The notes: generated by a model from the sequence alone, not told the origin. DNA of 64,000 nt from Patescibacteria group bacterium (GCA_052034685.1 JBPOIH010000007.1:13249-77248); one strand, 5' to 3'. Shown: positions 1 through 10,500, counted from the stretch's first letter. Made by a program: numbers and translations.

Positions 1-499
1 TAGAATGTGAATACACACGCGCTGTACTCCTTCGGTAACTACTGTGCGGTTCGGACCCAACGAGTGCCAGTAGTTTCCAGTGCCCACGACCGGCGATATC
101 TTGAGCTGACGAACGAGCATTTGCCATGATAGTATCCTCAATCGTTTCATGTGTTGCCACTGACTGAAGAAGCCCATTGACGGTGCTGAAGTAGCGGCGC
201 CGTTCACTGATACTGGCCATCATTTTTCTTCCGAGCATGAGTCCAACTATTGCGCCAGTGACGAATGCAGCTCCAGATTGTGACATCAACGTCGGGTCGT
301 CTTCATGTTTTTCTGATGCCCCACTCAATGTTACACGTAAATAATATGGCACCTTCTGCCAGTTGTAATTTGCATACTCAATACTACCCTTTTTTGCAAC
401 AGCATCAATAATCGACTCGCAAGCATTGTCAAATTCAAACTGAACGTTATCTAATGCTCGTTGAGTTGGCATTGTTCCAAGAATTTCTAAATCAGACAT
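1..499 (-). CDS. Hypothetical protein, partial (runs off the left edge)
   Basis: Not in the ORF track. Manual translation from ATG at 499 gives [23 protein letters not shown]..., open for 166 codons to the window edge. Confidence 0.6.
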   Translation of the reverse strand, partial: MSDLEILGTMPTQRALDNVQFEFDNACESIIDAVAKKGSIEYANYNWQKVPYYLRVTLSGASEKHEDDPTLMSQSGAAFVTGAIVGLMLGRKMMASISERRRYFSTVNGLLQSVATHETIEDTIMANARSSAQDIAGRGHWKLLALVGSEPHSSYRRSTARVYSHS

Positions 500-553
500 G
501 GGTAGTATGTTATTTATGTTCGGTGTATGTAGTTACTTCAGCGTAACTGACAA

Positions 554-895
554 CTACATCTTTATTTCGGCATCACAGCCGGCAGGAAGCGAAAGATTCA
601 TTAGTGAATCAATTGTCTTTGGTGTTGGCTCTAACACATCGATAATACGTTTGTGTACACGCATTTCAAACTGTTCACGGCCTTTTTTATAAACGTGCGG
701 GCTCTTAACAACAGTGTAAGTTGTTTTCTTGGTTGGAAGTGGGATTGGCCCAGCAATTGTTGCACCGGTACGGATTGCTGTATCAACAATCTGCTTAGCA
801 GACTGATCGATTACTTTGTGATCATATGCCTTAAGACGGATACGGATCTTTTGCTTACCGTCTTTCTTTTCTAGTGGTTTTTTGGCGTCAGCCAT
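554..895 (-). CDS. rpsJ: 30S ribosomal protein S10
   Basis: [18 protein letters not shown] and [19 protein letters not shown] motifs; SD AAAGGAG upstream. Confidence 0.98.
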   Translation of the reverse strand: MADAKKPLEKKDGKQKIRIRLKAYDHKVIDQSAKQIVDTAIRTGATIAGPIPLPTKKTTYTVVKSPHVYKKGREQFEMRVHKRIIDVLEPTPKTIDSLMNLSLPAGCDAEIKM

Positions 896-898
896 GAT

Positions 899-987
899 GT
901 GCTCCTTTCATGAGCACTAGGGCGGAGGGGGAAGGATGAAGGGTGGAGGTTTTCCTCATTCCCTTTTGCCTTAGCCCTTAGCCCTAG
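899..987 (-). promoter_or_regulatory. Structured rpsJ 5' leader: long bulged hairpin plus SD-sequestering hairpin
   Basis: 917-987 CTAGGGC...GCCCTAG bulged stem with a GAGG-AAAA-CCTC apex; 899-917 GTGCTC-ATGAAAG-GAGCAC stem overlaps the SD. Confidence 0.6.
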
Positions 988-1106
988 TCTGTGATGTAAC
1001 ATCTCCGTAAGTGCTATAGAGAGCCCTGTACGACGACTTTTAGTCATCACGATTAGTTTGTAATACAATCCTACAACAATAATCAATTTTTGTGAAGGAT
1101 CTTCTG

Positions 1107-1541
1107 TTAAGTGATACTAGATGCAGCCTCTAATGTGCGCTGCCTTTCACTTCGCTCAATGCCATAGCGTTTATCAAGTGTATGTCGCGGCCCGCCTTGA
1201 AAAGCATTATATGCCGATAGTGCGTAGTTAAGTGCGCGCTTACCAACTAAGTGACACCTGTCATATCTGCCGTAGTAGTATCCACTGGTATCGATATTGA
1301 AGTATCTCTCTTGTCGCAGCGTTTCAACTTCATGAAGTGTTACACCTTCATCATCTGCGAGCTGCCTGAATATGTAGCCACTAAGTTCATATGCAACATC
1401 ATTGGCGAGGGCTATTTCACCGTTGTCGATAAGTTCTGTAGCTTTCTGAATAGTTTCAGCTAAACCACATTCTTGACTAGCAATCTCCTCAATACTAGTT
1501 CGTATGAGTCCCGCCTGGCTATCACGCGAATAATAGGTCAT
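1107..1541 (-). CDS. Hypothetical protein (144 aa) between tuf and rpsJ
   Basis: ORF fills the gap; SD AAGGAG 5 nt before ATG; no recognisable motif. Confidence 0.7.
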   Translation of the reverse strand: MTYYSRDSQAGLIRTSIEEIASQECGLAETIQKATELIDNGEIALANDVAYELSGYIFRQLADDEGVTLHEVETLRQERYFNIDTSGYYYGRYDRCHLVGKRALNYALSAYNAFQGGPRHTLDKRYGIERSERQRTLEAASSIT

Positions 1542-1682
1542 GTTTTCTCCTTAAGATCGTCTGAAATATATACAAAAGTAGCGATAAACGCAAGCACAAG
1601 CATAATCAGAACACTTTGCGTGGTGGTTTTAGATAGAGCTCGGGTTTTTCAAGCGTGTTATGCAGTGTTAGTAACCGATAAT

Positions 1683-1719
1683 GAAAAAGGAGCTGTACTT
1701 AGCGTATAGCTCCTTTTTC
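1683..1719 (-). terminator. Intrinsic terminator after tuf (probably bidirectional)
   Basis: GAAAAAGGAGCTGTAC-TTAGC-GTATAGCTCCTTTTTC inverted repeat with A/T tracts on both sides. Confidence 0.8.
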
Positions 1720-1767
1720 TGTCGCAGGTCTTATCCTGCAGTGTGCCCTGGTAAAGGGGCGAGATCG

Positions 1768-2949
1768 CTACTTGTTGATCTTGGTAACAACACCAGCACC
1801 TACGGTACGGCCACCTTCGCGGATAGCGAAGCGTAGACCCTGTTCCATAGCGATTGGTGCAAGCAGTTTAACCTTGAAGGTTACTGTGTCGCCCGGCATG
1901 ACCATTTCTTTGTCAGCTGGGAGTTCAACCTCACCAGTTACGTCCGTAGTACGGAAGTAGAACTGTGGCTTGTAGCCCTTGAAGAATGGTGTGTGACGAC
2001 CGCCTTCATCCTTAGTGAGGATATAGACTTCTGCATCAAACTCAGTGTGAGGAGTGATTGAACCAGGCTTAGCCAAAACTTGGCCGCGCTCGATGTCATC
2101 ACGCTCAATACCACGAAGCAAGATACCAGCGTTATCACCAGCTTGTCCTTGATCAAGAGATTTCTTGAACATTTCGATGCCAGTTACAACTGATTTCTTG
2201 GTGTCGCGGACACCAGTAATTTCAACTTCGTCGTTAACTTTAACGATACCTTGTTCAATACGGCCAGTAGCAACAGTGCCACGACCTTTGATTGAGAAGA
2301 CGTCTTCGATAGCCATCATGAAAGGCTTGTCGAGGTCGCGCTTAGGCTCTTCAACATAGTCATCCATAGCTTTGATCAGTTCCATGATTGCATCTTCGTT
2401 AGCTGCATCGCCTTCGAGTGCCTTGGTAGCTGAACCCTTGATGATTGGAGCATCTTCGTCAAAACCGTTCTTAGCGAGCAGTTCACGAATGTCCATTTCA
2501 ACTAGTTCGATGAGTTCTGGATCAGCAAGATCCATCTTGTTCATGAATACAAGAATCTTAGGTACGCCCACTTGCTTAGCAAGAAGTACGTGTTCACGAG
2601 TCTGAGGCAACGGACCGTCGTTAGCGGCAACCACGAGGATAGCACCATCGATCTGCGCAGCACCGGTAATCATGTTCTTCACATAGTCGGCGTGACCTGG
2701 CATGTCAACGTGCGCGTAGTGGCGCTTTTCTGATTCATATTCTTGGTGAGAAGTCGCAATGGTAATACCACGTGCTTTCTCTTCTGGGGCGTTGTCAATC
2801 TGATCATACGCAATTGGTTTGTTAACGTCGCTCGGTAGCTTTTTAGCTAGTACAGCGGTGATAGCAGCCGTAAGTGTCGTTTTACCGTGGTCAACGTGAC
2901 CCATAGTACCTACGTTTACATGCGGCTTGCTTCGGTCAAAATCTGCCAT
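1768..2949 (-). CDS. tuf: Elongation factor Tu
   Basis: [26 protein letters not shown] and C-terminal [10 protein letters not shown]. Confidence 0.99.
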   Translation of the reverse strand: MADFDRSKPHVNVGTMGHVDHGKTTLTAAITAVLAKKLPSDVNKPIAYDQIDNAPEEKARGITIATSHQEYESEKRHYAHVDMPGHADYVKNMITGAAQIDGAILVVAANDGPLPQTREHVLLAKQVGVPKILVFMNKMDLADPELIELVEMDIRELLAKNGFDEDAPIIKGSATKALEGDAANEDAIMELIKAMDDYVEEPKRDLDKPFMMAIEDVFSIKGRGTVATGRIEQGIVKVNDEVEITGVRDTKKSVVTGIEMFKKSLDQGQAGDNAGILLRGIERDDIERGQVLAKPGSITPHTEFDAEVYILTKDEGGRHTPFFKGYKPQFYFRTTDVTGEVELPADKEMVMPGDTVTFKVKLLAPIAMEQGLRFAIREGGRTVGAGVVTKINK

Positions 2950-3035
2950 GTAGATTTGTCTCCTATTATTAGTTCATTATTTTATCGCGGTCCATGTCAC
3001 ATCAATAGCAACGCCCTCTCGCGAGTACATCAATA

Positions 3036-3064
3036 ATCTTACCTGTTAGTCGGTCTTTTGTAAA
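3036..3064 (-). promoter_or_regulatory. Putative sigma70 promoter for tuf
   Basis: TTTACA-17 nt-TAAGAT on the minus strand. Confidence 0.5.
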
Positions 3065-3100
3065 GAGTTTTAACGTCAGTTTAGGAAGTGCACAAGTATA

Positions 3101-3511
3101 TTATTGAGCTGCCAATATTTGCACACAAAACCGTTCTTCTAGTTCTTGTTGTGCAGTCATGGTTCTATCAAGAGCTAGACGCTCATAGTCATTCACCATG
3201 AATTGAGGCATTTTTACAGTAGGAATAGATTCGTTGTCTGATGATACAGGTAAACCAAGCCAGATATACTGATTACTTACAGCAGTACTACAGCGTCGAA
3301 GCGTATCAGCACATTCTCGATCTGGAATATAGTGAGCAGCTTCAATCTGTCTTTTGACCAGTTGTCTACTTAGCCACAAACCCATTGTGAACGTTGACTG
3401 TTCCCGATCGTAGCTCGTATATGCAAAGTAAATAACTGCATGACCACTGTAGCCTGGCTCTATGCTACGGAATCGTTCGGCGCTAATCTCGGTAAACTTG
3501 TCGCGAAGCAT
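3101..3511 (-). CDS. Hypothetical protein (136 aa) between fusA and tuf
   Basis: ATG is 5 nt after the fusA stop; no recognisable motif. Confidence 0.65.
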   Translation of the reverse strand: MLRDKFTEISAERFRSIEPGYSGHAVIYFAYTSYDREQSTFTMGLWLSRQLVKRQIEAAHYIPDRECADTLRRCSTAVSNQYIWLGLPVSSDNESIPTVKMPQFMVNDYERLALDRTMTAQQELEERFCVQILAAQ

Positions 3512-3516
3512 GCTTA

Positions 3517-5604
3517 CTACTTGGCGTTTTTGGCAATGATAGCTTCTGTGACGTTTGGTGGAACGTCTTCGTAGTGGTCAAGCTCCATACTTGAACTCGC
3601 ACGACCTTGCGTCATTGAACGCAGGTTGGTGGTGTAACCAAACATTTCACCAAGTGGTACAAAGGCAGTGATTTCTTTAACGCCGCTGGAAAGGTCTTCC
3701 ATAGACTCGATGCGTCCACGCTTACTGTTGAGGTCACCAATGACATCGCCCATGAACTCTTCAGGTGTTACGGCAACAACCTTCATGATAGGTTCAAGGA
3801 GTACTGGCTTAGCAACCTTCACACCAGCTTGCAGTGCCATAGAGCCAGCAATCTTAAAGGCCATTTCGTTTGAGTCAACGTCGTGGTAGCTTCCGTCGTA
3901 CAGTTCTGCCTTGATATCAACAACAGGGTATCCGGCGATAACACCGTTAGACATTGCCTCGATGATACCTTGCTCAACTGGCTTGATGTATTCACTTGGG
4001 ACAACTCCACCCTTGATAGAGTTAATGAACTCAAAGCCTTTACCAGCTTCGTTCTGAGACAGGCGAAGCCAAACGTGACCGTACTGACCACGTCCACCAG
4101 ATTGCTTGACGAACTTACCTTCAATTTCAACAGCGTCTTTGCGGATAGTTTCACGGTAGGCAACCTGTGGTTGACCAATGTTAGCTTCGACGTTAAATTC
4201 GCGCTTCATACGGTCAACGAGAATTTCGAGGTGAAGCTCACCCATACCAGAGATAATTGTCTGGCCTGTTTCTTCGTCAACACGAACACGGAAAGTTGGA
4301 TCTTCCTCTGCAAGACGCTGCAATGCTAGGCTCATCTTCTCTTGGTCAGCCTTTGTCTTTGGTTCGATTGCAATGCTGACAGGCGGTTCAGGGAATGTAA
4401 TGCTCTCAAGCACAATAGGATCATTGATTTCACAAAGTGTGTTACCAGTTGTTGTACCCTTAAGGCCAACGATGGCAGCGATATCACCAGCACCGATTTC
4501 AGTAACGTCTTCACGCTTGTCAGCTTGCAGACGTACAATACGGCCGATGCGTTCTTTGCTACCCGTAGAACTGTTCAGAATATATGACCCAGCTACGAGC
4601 TTACCTGAGTAAACACGGAAGTAAGCCAGCTTACCAACAAAAGGATCAGTTGTGATCTTAAAGGCCAGCGCTGCAAAAGGATCAGATTCGCTTGGCTTTC
4701 GCTCAATTTCATCACCAGTCTTTGGGTGCGTGCCCCAGGTAGAACCAACGTCAAGTGGGCTTGGCAGGTAGTCATTAACCATATCGAGTACTTTTTCTAC
4801 GATAACGCCACGGCCATCGCCCCCAGTTACGGCAAAGAACTTACCTGATAGCACAGCGGTACGGATAGCTTGCTTGATTTCATCAGTTGACAGACCTTCT
4901 TCACCGACTTCAAAGAACTTCTCCATCATGGCTTCGTCTTCTGCGACGGCATTTTCTATCAGCAGGCTGCGGTATTTCTTGGCCTTGTCGAGCATATCTT
5001 CTGGGATTTCACCCTCAATCAGCTCTTTATCGGTGAAGTCTTTGTAGGTGTATGCCTTCATTTCGACGAGGTCAATTACACCGTTGATGGCTTGTTCAAA
5101 ACCAATTGGCAAATGCACAGGGAATGCGTGTTTGCTGAGGCGGTTATGGATAGAGTCGAGAGACTTGTAGAAGTCACCACCCGTTTGGTTGATTTTGTTG
5201 ATGAAACAAATACGTGGGACTTTGTACTTGTCAGCTTGGCGCCAGACAGTTTCAGATTGTGATTCAACACCCATCTTACCGTCAAAGACCACACACGCAC
5301 CATCAAGCACACGTAGTGAACGCTCAACTTCAACGGTGAAGTCGATGTGACCAGGAGTATCGATAATGTTAATCTGGTTACCCTTCCAGTAACAAGTCAC
5401 AGAAGCAGCCACGATAGTAATACCGCGTTCGCGTTCTTGTGCCATCCAGTCGGTTGTTGTCTCACCTTCGTGCACTGCACCGATCTTGTGGTTCAAACCA
5501 GTACGGTAGAGGATACCTTCTGTAGTGGTAGTTTTACCGGCATCAATGTGCGCGATAATACCGAGGTTCCTAATATCTTTCATTGGTGTTGTTTTTGCCG
5601 CCAT
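3517..5604 (-). CDS. fusA: Elongation factor G (atypical G4/G5 motifs)
   Basis: AHIDAGKTT, ERGITI, DTPGH, GMGELHLE, KQSGGRGQYGH, DGSYHDVDS; canonical str-operon position. Confidence 0.99.
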   Translation of the reverse strand: MAAKTTPMKDIRNLGIIAHIDAGKTTTTEGILYRTGLNHKIGAVHEGETTTDWMAQERERGITIVAASVTCYWKGNQINIIDTPGHIDFTVEVERSLRVLDGACVVFDGKMGVESQSETVWRQADKYKVPRICFINKINQTGGDFYKSLDSIHNRLSKHAFPVHLPIGFEQAINGVIDLVEMKAYTYKDFTDKELIEGEIPEDMLDKAKKYRSLLIENAVAEDEAMMEKFFEVGEEGLSTDEIKQAIRTAVLSGKFFAVTGGDGRGVIVEKVLDMVNDYLPSPLDVGSTWGTHPKTGDEIERKPSESDPFAALAFKITTDPFVGKLAYFRVYSGKLVAGSYILNSSTGSKERIGRIVRLQADKREDVTEIGAGDIAAIVGLKGTTTGNTLCEINDPIVLESITFPEPPVSIAIEPKTKADQEKMSLALQRLAEEDPTFRVRVDEETGQTIISGMGELHLEILVDRMKREFNVEANIGQPQVAYRETIRKDAVEIEGKFVKQSGGRGQYGHVWLRLSQNEAGKGFEFINSIKGGVVPSEYIKPVEQGIIEAMSNGVIAGYPVVDIKAELYDGSYHDVDSNEMAFKIAGSMALQAGVKVAKPVLLEPIMKVVAVTPEEFMGDVIGDLNSKRGRIESMEDLSSGVKEITAFVPLGEMFGYTTNLRSMTQGRASSSMELDHYEDVPPNVTEAIIAKNAK

Positions 5605-5607
5605 TCT

Positions 5608-5931
5608 CTATCCCTCTTTCTGTTCGTTCGTAATGCTCTTGTATTGTGTTGCGAGTGTTTCTAATCGTTGTTGAGTACCTTCAGCACCATCTGCCATTTG
5701 GCTTCTGTAGGCTAGGCTGTATGCAAGGGTGTCCCAGACGGCCTCTTCGGCTGCGAAAACATCATTAGTAGACAGGTCGAGTGCTGAATCAAGATCAACA
5801 CGTACACTGTCCCTAACGACAGACTTGGCCAGCGCCATATACAACTCTGAAGGCGAATCAACGGATTCTTTCTCAAAGAGTTCTTCAGCAAGCTGCATCC
5901 ATCTGGTTTTGTTTATTGCAATCTCAGCCAC
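5608..5931 (-). CDS. Hypothetical protein (about 107 aa; GTG start at 5931 preferred)
   Basis: GTG lies 1 nt after the upstream ORF's stop; own stop is 3 nt before the fusA ATG and the last codons contain GAGGG. Confidence 0.6.
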   Translation of the reverse strand: MAEIAINKTRWMQLAEELFEKESVDSPSELYMALAKSVVRDSVRVDLDSALDLSTNDVFAAEEAVWDTLAYSLAYRSQMADGAEGTQQRLETLATQYKSITNEQKEG

Positions 5932-5932
5932 T

Positions 5933-6232
5933 CTATTGTGCCACACCGCTTTCTGCATCTTGTGGCACGCCAGCGTATGGTGACGCTTCGTACAAGAAGT
6001 CAACATTTGCAACTGGTCCGTAGTCTCTGAAGACTTCGATAGCGTCATCTCGGACATCGACGTCATCTACCACCCAAGCACGGACAGTGTCAAAGCCTTC
6101 TACCTGGAATGGATTCTGTGGTCGATACCTTAGTGCATCGACTACAAACAGCTCACCACAAGCAGCTTCATTGAACATTCCTTGGTCGCCGATACTGAGG
6201 AGATCTGCTGATACTTTTGTTTCAAACGCCAT
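5933..6232 (-). CDS. Hypothetical acidic protein (99 aa)
   Basis: ATG is 2 nt after the rpsG stop; D/E-rich. Confidence 0.65.
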   Translation of the reverse strand: MAFETKVSADLLSIGDQGMFNEAACGELFVVDALRYRPQNPFQVEGFDTVRAWVVDDVDVRDDAIEVFRDYGPVANVDFLYEASPYAGVPQDAESGVAQ

Positions 6233-6234
6233 GA

Positions 6235-6711
6235 TTATCTCGCAAAGTGAGCAAAGGCTCGGTTAGCTTCAGCCATCTTGTGTGTGTCTTCACGCTTCTT
6301 AACGGCTGTTCCTGTGTTGTTGTAGGCGTCCATAAGCTCTGCAGCAATGCGGTCTTCCATGCTCATACCTTTTTTGGCGCGAGCAGCAGCAACAAACCAC
6401 ATCATGGTGAGGTGATTCTGGCGTTGGCCCTTAACTTCAAAAGGAATCTGGTAGTTCGCACCACCAACGCGGCGAGAACGAGTCTCAACCTGCGGCTGAA
6501 TGTTCTTCATAGCTTGTTCAAACACATCAAGTGGGTTCTGCACCTTGAGCTTATCGGCAGCTTTTTGCATACCACCATAGACAAGTCGTTCAGCAAGCTG
6601 CTTCTTACCGTTAAGCATGACGCGGTTAATAAGACGCTGGACCTGTACAGAGTTGTACACGCGGTCAGCTGGGATATCTCGCACGAGTGATTTGGTTACT
6701 TTTCTAGGCAT
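6235..6711 (-). CDS. rpsG: 30S ribosomal protein S7
   Basis: True start MPRK at 6711 after SD GAAGGAG; SRRVGGANYQIP; HKMAEANRAFAH. Confidence 0.98.
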   Translation of the reverse strand: MPRKVTKSLVRDIPADRVYNSVQVQRLINRVMLNGKKQLAERLVYGGMQKAADKLKVQNPLDVFEQAMKNIQPQVETRSRRVGGANYQIPFEVKGQRQNHLTMMWFVAAARAKKGMSMEDRIAAELMDAYNNTGTAVKKREDTHKMAEANRAFAHFAR

Positions 6712-6955
6712 TTTGGACTCCTTCCGCAACAATCGCGCATTCTGGTAGTTCATCTACTCCCGACTCTCGGTATGCTTCGAAAATACGATTACATGTACTA
6801 AATACATTTATGGCATCTTTGCCAGTAGTTGAGACTGTTGGGTTAATGTTAGGGCACTGCCAGTAGCATTCCCCAGAGTCTCTTTGCTCAGCAGTAACAG
6901 GGCCTCCTGCGACAACAAAGCTTTCGCTAAATAATGGACCTTCGCTGAAACTCAT
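6704..6955 (-). CDS. Hypothetical protein (83 aa, 4 Cys) between rpsL and rpsG
   Basis: TAATG overlap with the rpsL stop; 8-nt overlap with the rpsG start. Confidence 0.6.
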   Translation of the reverse strand: MSFSEGPLFSESFVVAGGPVTAEQRDSGECYWQCPNINPTVSTTGKDAINVFSTCNRIFEAYRESGVDELPECAIVAEGVQNA

Positions 6956-7368
6956 TATTTGCTCTCTTTCTTGGCACCGTACTTGCTACGTCCCTGTTTG
7001 CGGTTTTCGACACCTTGCAGGTCAAGTGCACCTCGCACAATGTGATAACGAACACCAGGAAGATCCTTAACACGTCCACCACGGATCAGAACAACAGCGT
7101 GTTCCTGTAGGTTGTGGCCTTCGCCAGGGATATATGCCCAAACTTCATGACCGTTGTTCAAACGTACACGAGCGACTTTACGAAGCGCAGAGTTTGGCTT
7201 CTTTGGAGTTTTCGTGGTGACCTTAACACAGACACCACGCTTCAGCGGTGCTGCTTTTTCATAGTTTCTAGTTTTGAGGTTGTTAACAACCTTGTGTAGG
7301 GCTGGAGATTTTGACTTCTCCTTCTTGATGCTGCGCGGTTTACGCACGAGCTGATTGATTGTTGGCAT
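6955..7368 (-). CDS. rpsL: 30S ribosomal protein S12
   Basis: [32 protein letters not shown]. Confidence 0.99.
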   Translation of the reverse strand: MPTINQLVRKPRSIKKEKSKSPALHKVVNNLKTRNYEKAAPLKRGVCVKVTTKTPKKPNSALRKVARVRLNNGHEVWAYIPGEGHNLQEHAVVLIRGGRVKDLPGVRYHIVRGALDLQGVENRKQGRSKYGAKKESK

Positions 7369-7438
7369 AGTTCTCCTTGTCTACTGCAGCATGTGATCGC
7401 CAAAATCACACGGCTCAGACATTAGTTTATCGTTGTAA

Positions 7439-7467
7439 ATAATATCAGGTTTGTACGAATCGTACAA
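7439..7467 (-). promoter_or_regulatory. Putative rpsL promoter with a palindrome over the -35 box
   Basis: TTGTAC-17 nt-TATTAT; perfect 8-1-8 palindrome TTGTACGA-A-TCGTACAA at 7451-7467. Confidence 0.5.
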
Positions 7468-7483
7468 GTCTTTGGCTCGGGTT

Positions 7484-7514
7484 GGTTGACGTGCAATGGT
7501 TTAGCACGTCAACC
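7484..7514 (-). terminator. Stem-loop after rpoC (terminator or stabilising hairpin)
   Basis: GGTTGACGTGC-N9-GCACGTCAACC 11-bp stem; no clear U-tract. Confidence 0.5.
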
Positions 7515-7527
7515 CTGGCCCTGGAAC

Positions 7528-10500
7528 TTAGGCTTCGGTGGTAACTTTTGAAGCGACTTTAGGATCGTCAAGCTCAGGACGATAGCCGGTACCAACAGGT
7601 ATGCGACGTCCCAAGATAACGTTTTCCTTCAAGCCATACAGGTGGTCAACCTTACCACTGGTTGCTGCGGCAATCAGCACACGAGTAGTGTCTTGGAAGC
7701 TCGCAGCACTCAAGAACGACTCAGTTGATAGTGACGACTTAGTGATACCAAGTAGCAACTGTACAAACTTAGCTGGAGCTTTACCGTCAGCTACAAGCCG
7801 CTCGTTTTCTTCAATGACAGCGATTTTACTGACGATGTCGCCAGTTACAAATTCACTATCACCAGATTCCTCAATCTGCACGCGGCCAAACATCTGACGC
7901 ACGATGATTTCAAGGTGCTTATCTGCAATGTTCTGACCTTGTGAGGCAAAGATACGCAAGATTTCGTTCATGATGTAACGCTGCGTTACTTCAACACCTT
8001 GTAGGCGCATCAGTTCGTGCAGGTTAATCGAACCATTGGTGAGTCTTTGACCAGCAACAACTTCGTCACCGTCTTTGACAACCATTTGCTTGAATCCTGG
8101 GATCTCATAGCGGGCTGTTGGCTGATCTGAAGGCGTAATGACAATCTTGTCCTTGCGCACTGCAATCTTACCAGCAACAGGTACTACCAGCGGGCTAGAA
8201 GCGTTCTGGCCAGTAGCAACTACGTCACCTACGGATACTTCAGCACCGTCTTCAATATCAGCAGTTCTTCCCTTAAGAGCGAGCTCTACTTTTTCCTTGC
8301 TGTTAGAGGTTACTTCTACTACATACTGATTGCCATCTTCCCAGAGTCGGACTGTTCCAGCCATTTCACTCAAGTAAGCCTGACCCTTTGGAGTACGTAC
8401 TTCAAAGATTTCTTCAACACGTGGCAAACCTTGCGTAATGTCGTCAGCCGCAGCAGAACCACCAGAGTGGAAGGTTCGAAGCGTCAACTGCGTACCAGGT
8501 TCACCGATACTTTGTGCGGCAATCACACCAATTGGGTGACGGTTTGCAACGACTTCGCCAGTAGCAGGGTCGAGACCGTATGACTTACGTGATACGCCTC
8601 GTACGCTAGTACAGCTCAGCACGCTCATGATACGAACGCCATCAAGCGATTCATCGGCCTCAATGGCGGCAGCTTTTTCACGAGTGATAGCGTCGCCTTT
8701 TTTGACAATCTTGCCAATGTTTTCTGCAGCATAACGACCTTCTAGTCGTGATGAATAGCTCACACCAATTTCTTTGGCGTCAGAGCGGTAGATGGCAAAA
8801 CCATGGTCTTCACAGTCTTCTTCAAGTGTAAAGACATCTTGTGCGACATCAACCAAACGACGAGTCAGATAGCCTGAGTCAGCTGTCTTGAGGGCGGTGT
8901 CGATCATACCCTTACGAGCACCACGGGTGGCCGTAAAGTACTCGAGCGGAGAAAAGCCATACTTATAGTTTGACTTAACTGGTAGCTCAATCGTGCGACC
9001 GGTAGCATCTGCAACTGGTCCAAGCATACCGACAGCTGTCGTTACCTGACCGAGGTTACCACGAGCACCAGATACTACAGCGATAGACATAGAACTGTCT
9101 TCGTTAGCAAACTGTGCAGCCAAGGTTTCCTGAACAGTCGCATATACCTTACCCCAAGTTTCAACAACGAGGCGGTAACGTTCTTCTTCAGTGATGAAAC
9201 CTTGATCGTACTGATCGCTGATTTCTGCACCTTTGCGTTCACCTTCGGCCAAGATCTCTTTAAGACCCTTAATGTCGCTGAAGTCACTCATACCCATAGA
9301 CAAACCTGAAACAGTCGCATAGGTGAATCCGAGGTCCTTCAGATCATCAGCGATCTCTGCAGTCTTGTCTTGTCCGTAGTTTTCGTACACCTGCGACATG
9401 ACTTGCTGCAAGCGTTTTTTGGTCATAGCGTCGTCTTGGAATGGGAAGTCTTCTGGGAAGATTTCATTAAAGAGTACGCGACCAAGCGTTGTCTCACGAG
9501 TAACACCACGGAATGGAATCCGTACATGTGTCTGTAAGCTGAGAGATCCGCCATCAAGCGCCATAAGCGCTTCGTCAAGGCCTGAGAAGCCACGAATTTT
9601 CTTGTCTTCACTGGCTGCGCGGTCGTATGTTAGATAGTAACAGCCGAGCACAATATCTTGCTCGATATGGAGGATTGGCGAACCGTCGGCAGGTTTGAGT
9701 AGGTTCTTGTTGCTTGCCATGATGTTCTTAGCTTCATCTTGTGCAGCATCGCTCAAAGGCAAGTGCACGGCCATCTGGTCACCATCAAAGTCAGCGTTGA
9801 AACCTTTACATACGAGTGGGTGTAGCTGAATTGCTTTACCTTCAATCAACACTGGTTGGAAAGCCTGGATCGAAAGACGGTGCAATGATGGAGCACGGTT
9901 CAATAGTACGTATTTGCCCTGGATGACTTTATCAAGTGCATCCCAGACAGGTGTTTCGCCGGCTTCGATCATGCGTGTTGCAGAACGAATGTTGTGAGCG
10001 TGCTCGTTTTCGATGAGTTCACCAATGACAAATGGCTTGAATAGCTCAAGAGCCATCATCTTAGGGAGACCACACTGGCTGATCTTGAGTTCTGGTCCAG
10101 CAACAATCACTGAACGACCAGAATAATCAACGCGCTTACCAAGCAAGTTCTGACGGAAACGTCCTTGCTTACCCTTAAGCATGTCACTCAAAGACTTCAG
10201 ACGACGTCGTTGGCCAGTTGCCGCTACAGCACGTCCTGAACGAGCGTTACTGTTGTCGATCAAAGCATCTACTGCTTCTTGTAACATACGCTGTTCGTTA
10301 CGGCAGATAACTTCTGGAGCGTTAAGGTCCATAAGTTTCTTCAAACGGTTGTTACGGTTAATGACACGTCGGTAAAGATCGTTAAGGTCACTGGTAGCAA
10401 ATCGTCCACCGGTCAACTGCACCATTGGTCGCAGGTCTGGAGGGATCACAGGCAGAACGCTTACACAAAGACTGCTTGGCTTAATACCTGCGCGGTCCAT

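Noticed and set aside
917-987. Heptamer repeats as a CRISPR array or simple tandem repeat
   Set aside because: Units are too short and degenerate, have no spacers, and are explained by hairpin pairing; no cas genes in the window.
871-1086. 71-aa ORF upstream of rpsJ
   Set aside because: It crosses the structured leader and overlaps the rpsJ start; better explained as non-coding leader.
1725-1760. Two small hairpins after the tuf stop (GCAGG/CCTGC and GCCC/GGGC)
   Set aside because: Short stems with no further evidence; likely ordinary 3' UTR structure.
5932-6066. N-terminal extension of the 152-aa ORF-track call 5608-6066
   Set aside because: It overlaps the 99-aa ORF by 134 nt; GTG at 5931 fits the tight packing.
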